The notes under the pieces: generated by a model | Told to the model about the DNA's origin: nothing | Database searches by the model: none | The model's input: only the letters and a program-made list of their open reading frames with translations | From: Octopus vulgaris | Taxonomy: Eukaryota | Reading direction: 5' to 3' | Assembly (NCBI GenBank): GCA_951406725.2 | Contig: OX597826.1 | Span: forward strand, 69,750,001 to 69,814,000 | Length of the DNA stretch: 64,000 bases | Program-made: the position numbers and the translations under genes | In this document: positions 39,995-53,793 of the stretch, piece by piece | Layout of the letters: each line of letters starts with the position of its first letter | How positions within the stretch are numbered: the first letter of the stretch is position 1

Positions 39995-40383
39995 TCTCTC
40001 TATATATAAAGCTGAAGTTGTCTGTGTATGGCAGGTTTGGTAGCCTTCAACTAACTCTATCTTCTCCGAGACCCTGCGGCGCAAGTTGACCAAAATTAAG
40101 AGTATGATAGAAGAAGGCTTGCTCTTCATTCCGTAGAAGAAAAAGTTCAAATCGGACCATGTTAACACCAAAAATTATTTACAGAAAAAAGGTGCTTTTT
40201 TTTCTATGAAAATCCCTATCTTTTTACTGCTGTGTCGTTATTTTTCGGTGTATTTCAATCAGAAAAATGTTCATTTAAAGAGAATAACAAGCTACATAAT
40301 GCGAAATTTTTACTTTTCAAAAATTCCAATTCTAAAAAGTCGAACAGAAAACAAGCCCGAGCAACGCTGGACTATACTGCTAG
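39995..40383 (+). mobile_element. Non-autonomous Helitron (389 bp)
   Basis: Starts A|TCTCTCTATATATAAA; ends with the imperfect subterminal hairpin CCCGAGCAACGCTGGA then CTAG|T; A/T target, no TSD. Confidence 0.8.
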
Positions 40384-40610
40384 TTTGCCATAAAGGCAGT
40401 ATATAGAATAAGGTAGCTCACGGGCTGGACACGGACATTAATGAGGTGAATGATAATGATACAAGGAGGATAAGGATGGGAGAAGACGAAAAGCGCCCGC
40501 CGACTTTTGCTTCTCTAAAACATTGTTCTTCTTTTTAAAAATACTAAATGAGGTATTAACCCTCTTATTAGACTTTCTGGTCTAAAAAGTCCATTAGAAT
40601 AATAAACAAT

Positions 40611-41017
40611 TAGGAGTGGTTGTGTGGTACGCAGCTTGCTAACCAACCACATGGTTCCGGGTTCAGTCCCACTGCGTGGCATCTTGGGCAAGTGTCTTCT
40701 GCTATAGCCCCAGGCCGACCAATGCCTTGTGAGTGGATTTGGTAGACGGAAACTGAAAGAAGCTTGTCGTATATATGTATGTATATATATATATGTATGT
40801 GTGTGTGTGTGTGTGTGTGTTTGTCCCCCTAGCATTGCTTGACAACCGATGCTGGTGTGTTTACGTCCCCGTCACTTAGCGGTTCGGCAAAAGAGACCGA
40901 TAGAATAAATACTAGGCTTACAAAGAATAAGTCCCGGGGTCGATTTGCTCGACTAAAGGCGGTGCTCCAGCATGGCCACAGTCATATAACTGAAACAAGT
41001 AAAAGAGTAAAAGAGTA
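40611..41017 (+). mobile_element. SINE family A
   Basis: High identity to the consensus; (AGTAAAAG)n tail. Confidence 0.92.
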
Positions 41018-41923
41018 ATTTAATAGGCGATAAACCTATTACACAAATGAGTCCCTTATAAACTTTCTTGCCTCCTGTAGGCATTCCAGCAGCCGCAAGT
41101 TGGGACCCATAAACAAGAGCTGTACTCTTCCTTTGAGAAGAAGTCCATTATATGATAGAGGTTCCTTTCTTCCAGTACCCGAGCAGCCACCTGCGGTGGC
41201 CACTCTGGAATACAAGTCGAGTCTATCAGGTCTCGACTATTAAAGGAACATCTTCTCACAATATTCCTGAACTTGTCTTTGTATTAGAAACATTATTATG
41301 ATTAGCTTTCTTCAAGAAACGTATAAATATTTTCACTACAGTAAATAACTGAAGATTTTAATAAATTTCAATAATTTTATGAAAGAAGACATTTTGTAAA
41401 ATTATAAAAAGATTTCCATAATACGTCATTTCAATCTTGACTTTTCAGCTCAAAAAATTAAAATGGGGTAAAAAATATTTCGTGTTATTTATTTCTTATA
41501 TATATTTCGATTGAAAGTTGTTATGTATTTCTATTATGACGTTATAATTTGCCAATTTTCTTACAAATAAGCGACACAATTTTTCTTGTCTCTTCATATT
41601 TTCAACGCTTTAGCTGACACCAACATAGGAAGTGTAGATAGCTTTGTCTATAATCGCTATAGCATTGAGATATTTGACCGACTATAAGACAAACAGGCAT
41701 GTGTTTCTGCACACATGCACGCAGAAACAAACACACACACACATACACACACACATTCTTGTAACAGTCTGTATCGATTTTCATAACTGAATTCATGCGG
41801 TAGACGTAACCTAAGATTAACGGAGAGAAACATTTTAATTATGCTTACTCACGAAGGAGTAGGTAAGCTAGGTACTTTTGTTTTTAACACTTTCCGTAGA
41901 AACCGCGCTACACGAAAGGAATA

Positions 41924-42450
41924 CCGTAAATCTTCGAGTAGAGTCCGCCCTTAAGTATAATACGCAGAGGATTTTTAGGGGGCTGTACTTCTGAAAAACC
42001 TAAACCTTGTGTATAATACGTACCCCTTCTCTAACTCGAATCGTGTGTAATTAAGCCAGCAGCTCCTAGTCAAACAAACACTTCCGCGCATGCGTAATAC
42101 AATAAAGGTGATGTTCTTAACTGTTATATGGGAATGCAAATATGTTTGCAAATTGTTTTTGTTACATGTTATTCTGCGTTCTGAATACTTTTATTTTAAT
42201 AAATGTTGCTTACTGCAAGTTATAGATGATTCTTTTATAACTTCATTGCTTTCAGACTTAACTTAAGGTATTTTTTCGCGCCCGACATCACAAAATGCGT
42301 CTGAATAAACATTGCTGGACAACAAATAGAGACTCGGACATTGATTAGAAAATACCTTTCATTTTTAACCTCGTATATAGTACGCACTAGGGATTTTGAC
42401 CTTTAAACTTTGGGTGGGGGGGAATGCGGATTATACTCAAGGATTTACGG
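41924..42450. mobile_element. MITE of the Tc1/mariner/pogo type (527 bp)
   Basis: TA|CCGTAAATCTTCGAGTAGAGTCCGC ... GCGGATTATACTCAAGGATTTACGG|TA: ~25-bp imperfect TIRs and a TA TSD. Confidence 0.85.
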
Positions 42451-42884
42451 TATCTCAGTTCAAGGCACAACCTCACACTCTGGTTGTATCGGGTGATTCG
42501 TTGTCGTCAGTCTACACATAATCAGGAGGAAAAGTCATCAGCTCCGCGATAGCTTCTCAGATACCGCAAGAAGATACTCTCTCAACTCGATGCAGGCTGC
42601 TACATTCAAATTTTTTTTTTAATATTATGAACAGTATATTTGTTTTAGCAAACATGAGTCGCCAGTTTCATACATCAAAAACTATTGATAATTTCAGCTG
42701 GACATGAATATGAAATATTCATTTCTAAAGACACATAATTAATGGAATAAGAAATAATCTTAGCTGGTTTCATAAGCTCTTTAATCTTTAAACACCCTCT
42801 GCAATATGTTGGTTAGTGTCATAACATACTTACTGTAAACATTTGATATAATAAACATACAATATATGCGCGGTGTGAGTCTTC

Positions 42885-43220
42885 TACGCAGGCATAGGTG
42901 TGTGATTAACAAAACCAGTTTGCAATCGCGTGGTTTTGGGTACGTGGCACCTTGAGCAAGTGTCTTCTGCTATAGCCTCAAACCAGTTAATGCCTTATGA
43001 GAGAATTTGGTATACGGAAACTGTGATCACGCATGTTGTATTGTGCGTGTGTGTTTGCCACTGTACATGTTTTCCACACTCCTGCTTGACAACCAATATG
43101 GCTGTGTTTAGGTCCTTGTAACCAAGCAGTTCGGTAGAAGTCCATTCGTTCGACTGAACCCTTTCAGATAGTGCTTCCAGTGTGCCCGCAGTCCAGGGCT
43201 TGAAACAACTAAAACATAAA
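42885..43220 (+). mobile_element. SINE family A, old diverged copy
   Basis: GTGGCACCTTGAGCAAGTGTCTTCTGCTATAGCC...TTTGGTATACGGAAACTG...GCTTGACAACC. Confidence 0.7.
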
Positions 43221-43257
43221 ACATGTGTGTATATGTATACACATAACTTTATGCATA

Positions 43258-43602
43258 TAAAAGGGTAGAGACCCTTTTGGGTCATCAATAACCATGGGAT
43301 TGCACCTAGAAAGTTTCCCTCCGAGGCACAAGTCTGGACAAGGTTGTTTATGGAAGACCAGAAATCGCCCATGCATATCAGCCGCCCCTCTCATCGCCAC
43401 TGATGTTATCCAAGGGAAAGGCAAAGACCGATACAGCTTGGCACCAGTGATGTTATGATTCATTTCTACGGCTGAGTGAACTGGAGCAACGTGAAATAAA
43501 GTGTCTTGGTCAAGAAGACAACAGGACCCAATCAAGGAATCGAATTCACTACCTCATGATTGTGAGCCCGACGCTCAAGTCATTGACCCATGTACCCTCA
43601 CC
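43258..43602 (-). mobile_element. SINE with a family C core and a distinct tail (family F)
   Basis: Reverse complement AAGACACTTTATTTCACGTTGCTCCAGTTCACTCAGC matches the C core; the downstream sequence is unrelated to the C tail. Confidence 0.7.
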
Positions 43603-43815
43603 CTTATGCATATATGTGTGTATTTGAGTGTACACACATACACTGCGCGCACGCACACGTACACAGATACACTCACACACGCACACACATGCTTTGCAGA
43701 TTTTTTTATAAATGTAGAACGGTCACCGACGGTACTCGAAGTTGTTTCTCCTGGATTTCCAGATGTTGGCCGCATACTTTTACGTGCATCCTTCTTGGTA
43801 ATGTTCTTAATTCTT

Positions 43816-44047
43816 ATTTCTTTACCACCCACAAGGGGCTAAGCACAGTGAGGACAAACAAGGACAAACAAAGGAATTAAGTCGATTATATCGACCCCAC
43901 TGCGTAACTGGCACTTTAATCGACCCAAAAAGGATGAAAGACAAAGTCGACCTCGGCGGAATTTGAACTCAGAACGTAGCGGCAGACGAAATTTTGCTAA
44001 GCATTTCGTCCGGCGTGCTAACGTTTCTCCCAGCTCTCCGCCTTTCT
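43816..44047 (-). mobile_element. SINE family B monomer with a 17-bp TSD
   Basis: TAATGTTCTTAATTCTT at 43799-43815 and 44048-44064. Confidence 0.92.
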
Positions 44048-44673
44048 TAATGTTCTTAATTCTTTCATCGTAGTGTTACATAACCGTGTCCGGCAAATCA
44101 GTATCATTCTTGTATTTTATATCCTGAAATAGAATAAAACATCTCCTAATCTTTGCTCAGTCATAATAAATGAGGCCAATATATACTTTTACTCTTCTCT
44201 CTTAACGAAGGCAGTTTGATTTTTTACTTCTTGAAAACCATGTTTAATGTATCCAAATCTAAACACATTCTATGTGAGATTAGCAGTGCTATGTGTTAGA
44301 GAGAACTTGAAACACAGCAAGACTTGTTCCTGTTTACATCGACATTTTAACCATTTATTGAATTACAAACCTAATTTTATGCATTAAATATACATGTTCA
44401 TAATGAATTAGGAGCCAATTAATTCTTGTATTTAATCATTAGTATTAATGGTTTCACTCTGTGTAGGTTCCATTGACTTGTCTACGCAGACAACGTGTCT
44501 CTGATTGGCATATATATAATTAATTGGCGAAGGTTTAAATGAACGGAATGCATACCGACAGACATATACACACGTATACAGAGTCACGCACAGACACATA
44601 TGCGTGTGTGTATGTATGAGTGTGTGTGTGTGTGTGTGAGTGTGTGTGTGTGTGAGTGTGTGTGTGTGTGTGT

Positions 44674-44742
<69 letters not shown>

Positions 44743-45091
44743 TGTGTGTGTGTGTCCATGTACTTTAAGCTCTTTTTGTATGCGTCTAAGACCCATCGCT
44801 ACTGGTGATAAGAACAACTGAGCTGATGACGCCTATTCAAGTAGAAACAAATTTCCACGACTGTCATTTAATCTCCAAATAATAATCCTGTTCTTTGATT
44901 TCATGGAATGCCAATGCTGACGAATCTTTTATTCTTGAGATTATATCTTCTTTCTCATATAAAGCTAATCATGATAAGGCTGATTTAGACTGAAGGAGTC
45001 GGCGAGAATGTAAAAGAAAGGCTTCTAATTAAAATTTTAAACTGTGCTCTATATTGACGGCGCCATCTTTGTTTGTTTGTCTGTATGTATG

Positions 45092-46465
45092 CCATTATTC
45101 ATTTTATTTCAAGATTTCTTGCCAATAGGGGAAGAACCGGTTTCTAACCTAGATCCAAGGTTCCTTCATTGGAATTTCAACATCAACAACAGGACATTTT
45201 TGTTTGTGTTATGCATGTATGTATGTATGTATGTATGTATGTATGTATGTATGTATGTATGTATGTATGTATGTATGTATGTATGTATGTATGTATGCAA
45301 AGTTATGTGTATATACACACGTTTTATCCTTTAGTTGTTTCAAGCACTGGACTGCTGGCACACGGGAAGCACTATCTGGAACGGTTTAGTCGAACGAATG
45401 GACTTCTACCGAACTGCTTCTGTATGTATGTATGTATGTATGTATGTATGTATGTATGTATGTATGTATGTATGTATATGCAGATTTGTATGTTTTATAT
45501 ACGTATTTTCATGTATATAGTTGTATATCTAGACATGTTCATATATATTTAAATGATAAACTTCTGGAAAGTTTTACAGATTTTTACAATTCCAGTGATG
45601 GATTGGATCTGTAGTCTTCGAATTAGCTTTCTCCTTTCTGATTTTGAGAAGCCCAATTTCTCAAGATTGGTATTTAGGAAGTGTGTTACATATCCCAGGG
45701 CCCCAATAATTACAGGTATAAACCTGAACTTATCTGGATAGAGTAACTGCAGTTTTCTCAATAGTTCAGCATAGGTGCAGGAGTGGCTGTGTGGTTAGTA
45801 GCTTGCTAACCAACCACATGGTTCCGGGTTCAGTCCCACTGCGTGGCATCTTCGGCAAGTGTCTTCTGCTATAGCCCCGGGCCGACCAAAGCCTTGTGAG
45901 TGGATTTAGTAGATGGAAACTGAAAGAAGCCCGTCGTATATATGTATATATATATGTGTGCGTGAATGTTTATGTTTGTCCCCCTAGCATTGCTTGACAA
46001 CCGATGCTGGTATGTTTATGTCCCCGTCACCTAGCGGTTCGGCAAAAGAGACCGATAGAATAAGTACTGGGCTTACAATGAATAAGTCCCGGGGTCGATT
46101 TGCTCGACTAAAGGCGGTGCTCCAGCATGGCCGCAGGCAAATGACTGAAACAAGTAAAAGAATAAAAAGAATAGGTGTTCTCTTTTTCACTGGTATTCAG
46201 CTTTATATTAACATCCGCTAGGCGGCTAATTTCCACAACTGTGCGCAGTTTCTCTTCTCTATCCAAAATCATTATATCAGGTTTGTTGTGCTTGCATTCT
46301 ATTGAGGTCTTCACTGGTACATTCCACCAGTATTACTTTTTTATTATGAGTGGCTATAGCTTCTACCATATTGTGGGTTCTTATTTCTTTGTCCTCGAGA
46401 TTATCCTTATTTATATTATTATCTTATTTATATTATTATATTGACTGAACGCCACACATCCATTT
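45092..46465 (-). mobile_element. 5'-truncated R4/Dong-like non-LTR retrotransposon (restriction-like endonuclease domain plus 3' UTR)
   Basis: With the SINE removed, the frame reads YWWNVPVKTSIECKHNKPDIMILDREEKLRTVVEIS...EKENTYAELLRKLQLLYPDKFRFIPVIIGALG...ICKTFQKFII*: a PD-(D/E)xK RLE signature of the R4 clade. Confidence 0.85.
45771..46170 (+). mobile_element. SINE family A inserted in the RLE ORF
   Basis: ATAGGTG duplicated at 45771-45777 and 46171-46177. Confidence 0.93.
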
Positions 46466-46713
46466 CCAAGAAAGTTTATCTATCTATATATATAAAGGCT
46501 CCTTGGGTGTCTTCTACTATAGCCTCGGGTCGACCAAAGCCTTGTGAGTGGATTTGGTGGACGGAAACTGAAAGAAGCCCGTCGTATACATATACATATA
46601 TATATGTATATGTACATCTATATATTACACATCGAGACATACATGTATACTTATACATGTATACATATACATGTATACATATACAGCTAGACATATACAT
46701 CTATATACATGTA

Positions 46714-46759
<46 letters not shown>

Positions 46760-46764
46760 GATAG

Positions 46765-46964
46765 ATATTGATAAAACGGTAAGATAACGAAAGAAAGAAA
46801 GAGACCTCAATATTATGTAAATAGAGGAAATTTATCTATACAATAATCTGTTACTTTTCTCGGTAGTCAAGATAAAACTCTGAGTTTCAGATGCCGAAGT
46901 GGAAATCCACAACACCATCTCTTCGGTTATCTGGCTAGATAACCGAAGAGATGGTGTTGTGGAT
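46765..46964 (-). mobile_element. Penelope-like pseudo-LTR remnant (family P3) capped by a 28-bp inverted repeat
   Basis: 46905-46932 and 46937-46964 are perfect reverse complements; both ends sit in TA-rich microsatellite. Confidence 0.65.
46870..46932 (-). ncRNA. Type I hammerhead ribozyme motif (U4C variant)
   Basis: AGATAA-CCGAAGA-GATG..GTGGA/TCCAC..CATC-T-GAAA-CTC-A-GAG-T-T-TTATCT: 6-bp stem I, stem II and a palindromic stem III. Confidence 0.55.
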
Positions 46965-47423
46965 ATATATACCTATATACATACACACTTTGTTGACACC
47001 ATAAAGATAGCAAAAACTTCCAAGAGAACCTGAGATAAATACTATTTTTTTATATTTTTTTAAAACAGTCGATCACAAGTACACACAGCTAGAAATAAAA
47101 GCATACTTGAAGCCTTCGACTTTTCCCTATCCAAAAAGGACTTTCTGGCAAATACTTACATGCTATTATTTATAGCCATATGATCATCGAGACTCACTGT
47201 TCTAAAACAGATACATATGTATAAACCTCACACACACACACACACACACAAATATGGATAGTTATATAAAGGCTTATACGTGTTTTCACACACATACTCA
47301 TATAAATATGTGTGTATGCATATATGTGTATATATATATATACATATACATACATACATATATATATATATATATGCATGCATATATGTGTGTATATACA
47401 TACACACACACACACACATACAT

Positions 47424-47479
<56 letters not shown>

Positions 47480-47530
47480 CTATAAATGTATATACAGAAA
47501 AAATAAACAGACACATTGGCAGACTGATAT

Positions 47531-47634
<104 letters not shown>

Positions 47635-48710
47635 AAAATGGATGATTGATTGATTATATATGAATATACATGGTGTGGACGTCAATGACGTCTGCCTTGG
47701 GGACAAATCATCCTTTCATATAAAGTGTTGTATCCTTCTAAACATTCGCCATTGATTAGAAGCCCGGATTTGGAAAATGGTTATCTCTTTTGGATAAACG
47801 CAAAAAAGGCCCTTTTAGAGATGCTTGTAGGAGTAAACAAGCGGTAAAATGAAACAGGTAAATATACGCAGATTCCAACTATTTACATCATCACGTGACT
47901 AGACAACTGAGCCACGAATTAGAAATCGCGAAACTATGAAAGGATAAAAAAAAAAGGAGATCCCTCGGATGGTAATATGAAAAGGATAGGAAGGTATTTG
48001 GATATTAAAGTATCTCAGCTGCCACCATACTGCGACGAACAAGCTGCGTTCGTTGAGAAGAAATATATTGCTTTATCTAGTAAAATTAGATATCCAAAAA
48101 AAAAAAAAATGCGCAGTTAGGAATGGTATCAACATTCCAATAGATTCTTCCCTGGAGAAAATAGGCTAAAAACATGAACCGCGACCAAAACAAAAACCGA
48201 TAACGATATAATAGTGGTGTAACTGGCGCCATTACAATGACATGTTGCAGCCGCCTGTGAACAAATAGAAATGTGTGGATAGAAACGGTTCAGTACGAGG
48301 CTCGCAGCGAGATTTTTAAGGGCATTGTCAATAGGTTTACTATTTACAATCACATGTTTCTAAAATGAAAGTGCGATTTTAGCACGAGTTAATAGGAAAC
48401 TCACTGGCTTGAATGCTGGAGCTTGATCGATTGACTTGCTGAAAGAACACTTAGCACAAATTAAAGTTTTAGAGATATCGAATGCTCTGCTGTATTGGGT
48501 TGTGTTGCGGTTGCCATTCGCCAACTGATGTGAGTTACAGACACTGATCGAAAAGATAACACACAGCAAGAAAAAAGGAACTAAATCGCTTTAAACAGAC
48601 ATCTAGAGACTCGGGGAAAATATCTTACGATTGGATACAGACTACAATTGTATACAATGTGAGCGATGAATTTACAAACAATCAACTGTGACTTTAAGGT
48701 AACTATCATA

Positions 48711-49317
48711 TTTCTTTATTGCCCACAAGGGGCTAAAAATAGAGGGACAAACAATGGCAGACAAACGGATTAAGTCGATTACATCGACCCAGTGCGTAAC
48801 TGGTACTTAATTTATCGACCCCGAAAGGGATGAAAGGCAAAGTCGACCTCGGCGGAATTTGAACTCAGAACGTAGCGGCAGACGAAATACCTATTTCTAT
48901 TTCTTTACTACCCACAAGGGGTTAAACACAGAGAGGACAAACAAGGGCAGACAAGCGGATTAAGACGATTATATCGACCCCAGTGAGTAACTGGTACTTA
49001 ATTTATCGACCCCGAAAGGATGAAAGGCAAAGTCGATCTCGGCGGAATTTGAACTCAGAACGTAGCAGCAGACGAAATACCTATTTCTATTTCTTTACTA
49101 CCCATAAGGAGCTAAACACATAGAGGACAAACAAGGGCAGACAAACGGATTAAGTCGATTATATCGACCCCAGTGCGTAACTGGTACTTAATTAATCGAC
49201 CCCGAAAGTATGAAAGGCAAAGATGACCTCGGCGGAATTTGAACTCAGAACGTAGCGGCAGACGAAATTCCGCTAAGCATTTCGCCCGGCGTGCTAACGT
49301 TTCTGCCAGCTCGCCTC
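48711..49317 (-). mobile_element. SINE family B trimer
   Basis: Junctions GAAATACCTATTTC at 48884 and 49074; single head at ~49270-49317. Confidence 0.9.
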
Positions 49318-49783
49318 TAAAGTCGTGAGAACTAATGACAAGAAACATTCATACATTAAACAATTGCCATCAAATGTGAACTATGAAAGGTACAATAAAG
49401 AATTTGCTATCGTAAAGAACTTCATCAACCACAAACTGTATTTCCTGGCAAGGTACCTAACATGTAAGTGTTCAGTACAGCCCTGAGACCATATTGTTAA
49501 ATAAACCACGCAGAGAGAGCTCTATGCAAAGGCTCTCTCTTACAATATAAAATCACAATGAAACTCTTTTGTGCAGTTATTTGAATGGGAAATAACTTGG
49601 AAGAAAGATGATTAATGAAAACTGGTGGAGGAGAATCACTTTCTGTAGCTCTCAATATTTTCAAAAAAAAAAAAGACAGAAAAATAAATAGAGCGTTATT
49701 ACGAATACATCTGTTTGTTGTCTACACCACCTGTCTTCGTCTTTGGTTTTTTTGTGAATTCTCCCTATATATATAGTAGCAGA

Positions 49784-50164
49784 ACACTCCGTCAGTTACG
49801 ACGACGAGGGTTCCGGTTGATCCGATCAACGGAACAGCCTGCTCGTGAAATTAACGTGTAAGTGGCTGAGCACTCCACAGACACGTGTACCCTTAACGTA
49901 GTTCTCGAGGATATTCAGCGTGACACAGAGAGTGACAAGGCCGGCCCTTTGAAATACAGGTACAACAGAAACAGGAAGTAAGAGTGAGAGAAAGTTGTGG
50001 TGAAAGAGTACAGCAGGGATCACCACCATCCCCTGCCGGAGCCTCGTGGAGCTTTTTAGGTGTTTTCGCTCAATAAACACTCACAACGCCCGGTCTGGGA
50101 ATTGAAACAACGATCCTACGACCGCGAGTCCGCTGCCCTAACCACTGGGCCATTGCGCCTCCAC
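49784..50164 (-). mobile_element. SINE family D, full length
   Basis: Near-identical reverse complement of 29639-30024. Confidence 0.92.
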
Positions 50165-50479
50165 CTATATATATATGTGTGTGTGTTTGTGTGTTATATG
50201 TACATATGTATACCCATATACATATATTGTACGTATAAGCAGCTGCTTATATTCAGATTTACTGATGAGCTATGCTGGCGACTGCCCTCTTTCTCTATGA
50301 GCCTAAAACTTGCAGTGGTCACGGTGAGAGAGGTTTTTAGGCACCTCAGAGCGAAGAAAACCCTATCAAAGATTATTATTATTATTATGTATGTATGTGT
50401 ATGTATGTATGGCGCAGGAGTGGCTGTGTGGTAAACACTAAGATCGATGTATCAGACTGAACAGCGGTTGCATGGGCAG

Positions 50480-51415
50480 CCTCTTTGTCTAAGGACCAGG
50501 AGACAGGTGGGGAAAATACTGGTCGTTAGCATATTTAAATGTTATGTATAAACTGGACGAGAATTTCTTGAATTCATTTCTTCATACTCATTACGAAAGA
50601 AATACTATGACTCGAGTAATGATCAGACAGGAGGAAAAGGAAGACGAGTGTACCAGAAAGCTATTATCAATAGGTGTATCCTAAGGTATGAACATTGCCG
50701 AAGCCGACTAATACTATAGGTTGTATATAAAAGATGTTTGATTTTGTAACCCATTCGAGGGTTATAAAAGTCAATGTACCCTGTCGTGGTTTCAGTAACT
50801 ATAATTGATACCATTAAAAGACTGACTTTAACATTATTCCCCCCGGCTATCTCTATCCACTGAAGCAACTGCTATAGACTAAACGGAATTAGGTTATCGA
50901 CAGGAATATTTTTGGTGAGACAGCGTGTCTGTATTACTTTTCCTTCTGGCAGTGAAAACATTGTCAGCATTGTTAAAGAAATACTAAGGTTACATATTAA
51001 GATCTGCAGAGGAGAGGAATATTAATACCGCTTACAGCATTCTTGATAATGATTCGAAGCTATATTCGGGTAATATTTACAATACCAAAATATAGAGCCG
51101 CCGATCGCAACATTCTCATGGGACATAGTAGTAAATTTTGGTCACGATAAACGTTCATGTTTAGTAGTCAAGCGAGGAAAGATTTTTATGCTGACAAGGA
51201 ACATGAATATGAATGACCTGTTTATCACCTTGCTATCTCCGGTAACGAATGCTTCGAGTATCTCAGAATCGATAAGAATATTCCTTGAATTGGTGCTATG
51301 ACAAAGGAATTCTTCAGCAGACCTCGTAAGGTGCGGAAGTCAGAGTTATACGCATTCAGTAAGACCGTATCCCATAATGCATTTGCAGTACTCATGTTAC
51401 TACCAACGCTTCAAA
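50480..51415 (+). pseudogene. Heavily decayed R4/Dong-like reverse transcriptase
   Basis: Collinear frameshifted motifs YLNVMYKL, FDFVTHS, GIF..DSVSVLLFLLAVKTLSALLK, DSKLYS, TFSWDIVVNFGHDK, KEFFSRPRKVRKSELYAFSKTVSHNAFAV. Confidence 0.65.
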
Positions 51416-51946
51416 CATTTGAAGAGATACGCCACTAAAAGACCAACAGCTTCGACTGCAACACTAAGGCCGAGCAGGTCGCCAAGAACGAAGAAGTGTT
51501 TGAAGAGCTTCCCAAGGACACAATGATGAACACATGCTTCAAAATACGGAGCTGTCTTGAGGTCACGGTGGAAGCTAAAGGCGGCTCCTTTGAATAAGCT
51601 GTTATCTCCCAGTCATAATCTAGTTCAGGTTTTTTTTCATAGACTGTGTTGTGTTTTCTTTACTCATGATGCAAACTGTCAAATTTACCCCGATCAAGTA
51701 TCACGCATGTATACATACGTACGTGTGCTTGTGTTTCTCATCTGTCCCTAGGCTATGTAATTGTATACATGTAAATTAATACGTATGAGAAATGCTATCC
51801 TATGTCACTTCTCCCTCTCTCTCTCTCGCACGCACACACATATATATGCATGTATGTATGCATAAGTATATGTAGAAACATACAACTATATATGTATACA
51901 AATGCGTTTATACATATACACAAACGTATATATATAGACACACATG

Positions 51947-52047
<101 letters not shown>

Positions 52048-52532
52048 TATACATTTTTTTCTCTCTAGTTTCAGCTCAAAGCTGCACCCATGCTGATGCA
52101 CCGCCGTTTATATATGTACTTTGGAAGAGTTACTCTGCCCATAAGATCATACATATTGGTTATGTCTTGGCTTTTTTTATCGCTTGTGTGTGTGTGTGTG
52201 TACCGGGAGTAGGTGAAGTATTGTCCCAGCAGTGACCACCCAGAACGCCAGATGCATTCGGCTTAGCCGGGCCTTATCAATGACGTGCACTAACAGCTAA
52301 ACACATTTCTAAAGAAATTGATCCAAGATAGGAAACAGTGAATAAAACATTCACTGATATTGGGAATAGCCTCCCAACTGAATAAAAAATCCGGTGTACG
52401 CAATTGAAACACTATTAAGTTAAAACAACCTTGTATGTTCGTTTGTGTATTTAGGTTAGGTTAGTCTAAGTATATATATATGCTTATGTGTGTACTTATG
52501 CATATACATAGACATATGTTTGTGTGTTTGTT

Positions 52533-52607
<75 letters not shown>

Positions 52608-53029
52608 AAAATACACGCATACACACATACTCAATCATACAAACACACATTTGCTTTGACCGGAAGAAGTATCTCTTGGGCCACTTCGTTGGTGTTAGCG
52701 TTGCGTGACATGCGCAGTGGCATAATTCCAAAGGGCTGCAGTTTTGTGAATGAAGGATTGAGAGAGCAGTTGTACAGCTCTAGGAGAGAAGAGAACACAA
52801 CACAGATGACGAGAGGAGAATAAACGACAGAGTCGGGAATACCTACGAGGAGATGATACGAGAAATGCTATCTCTGAGAAATAGAAGTCACCATGAGCTA
52901 GGGGCTAGAGAGTATTTGTGAATGATACATCATGTCTATCAATCAGTTCATTAATTAATCAGTCACTCAATCAATCATTTAATCAGTCGGTCAGTCAATT
53001 AGACAATTGAATCGCTCATTACCCATGAT

Positions 53030-53402
53030 TACGCCTTTAGTCGAGCAAGTCGACCCCGGGACTTATTCTTTGTAAGCCTAGTACTTATTCTATCGGTGTC
53101 TTTTGCCAGACCGCTAAGTTGCGGGGACGTAAACACACCAGCATCGGTTGTCAAGCGATGCTGGGGTACAAACACAGACACACAAACACACTCACACATA
53201 TATATACACATATATACGACAGGCTTCTTTCAGTTTCCGTCTACCAAATCAACTCACAAGGCATTGGTCGGCCCGAGGAAGGCATTTGCCCAAGGTCGGC
53301 CCGAGTAGAAGGCATTTGCCCAAGGTGCCACGCAGTGGGACTGAACCCGGAATCATATGGTTGGTAAGCAAGCTACTTACCACACAGCCACTCCTGCGCC
53401 AT
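53030..53402 (-). mobile_element. SINE family A with the tail truncated and a ~28-bp internal duplication
   Basis: GGTCGGCCCGAG..GAAGGCATTTGCCCAA present twice at 53266-53323. Confidence 0.88.
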
Positions 53403-53793
53403 GGTTGGGAAAGGTCCTAACATTTTCTTTCCGGTTTTGAATGGTTCTGCCCACCCGTAACCTTTGCGACGTTAGTTAACTGTTTTAGCCGAGCCGAGTG
53501 CGAAATTTATGCTTCCACTGTACCATACTTGCCTCGTTGAATTTTAGTACATATTGACATTGGTAGACGGCTTTTCATTCAGTTCTATCGAAGCCGCCTC
53601 GATTCCACGTGAATTCCTTATCCCCCAGTAAAGGAGACATCCAACACAGCTGAACCAACAACAGCTGGTGGATACAAAAACTCTGTTTGGGTGTGTATGC
53701 GTATGTGCATGTATATGTATGTGCGTGCGTGTGCGTGTGTGAGTGTGTGTGAATGTATGTACGTAGTTATATACGTATGCTTGCAAACGACCT

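Noticed and set aside
41056-41259. 67-aa complex ORF on the minus strand
   Set aside because: No recognisable motif or splice support
44826-44855. CTGATGA...GAAA hammerhead-like spacing (also 15065-15090)
   Set aside because: No convincing stem I or stem II pairing
47880-48600. Faint LINE RT-like words (KKGDPSDGN, ISNALLYWV)
   Set aside because: Too degenerate to support without a profile search
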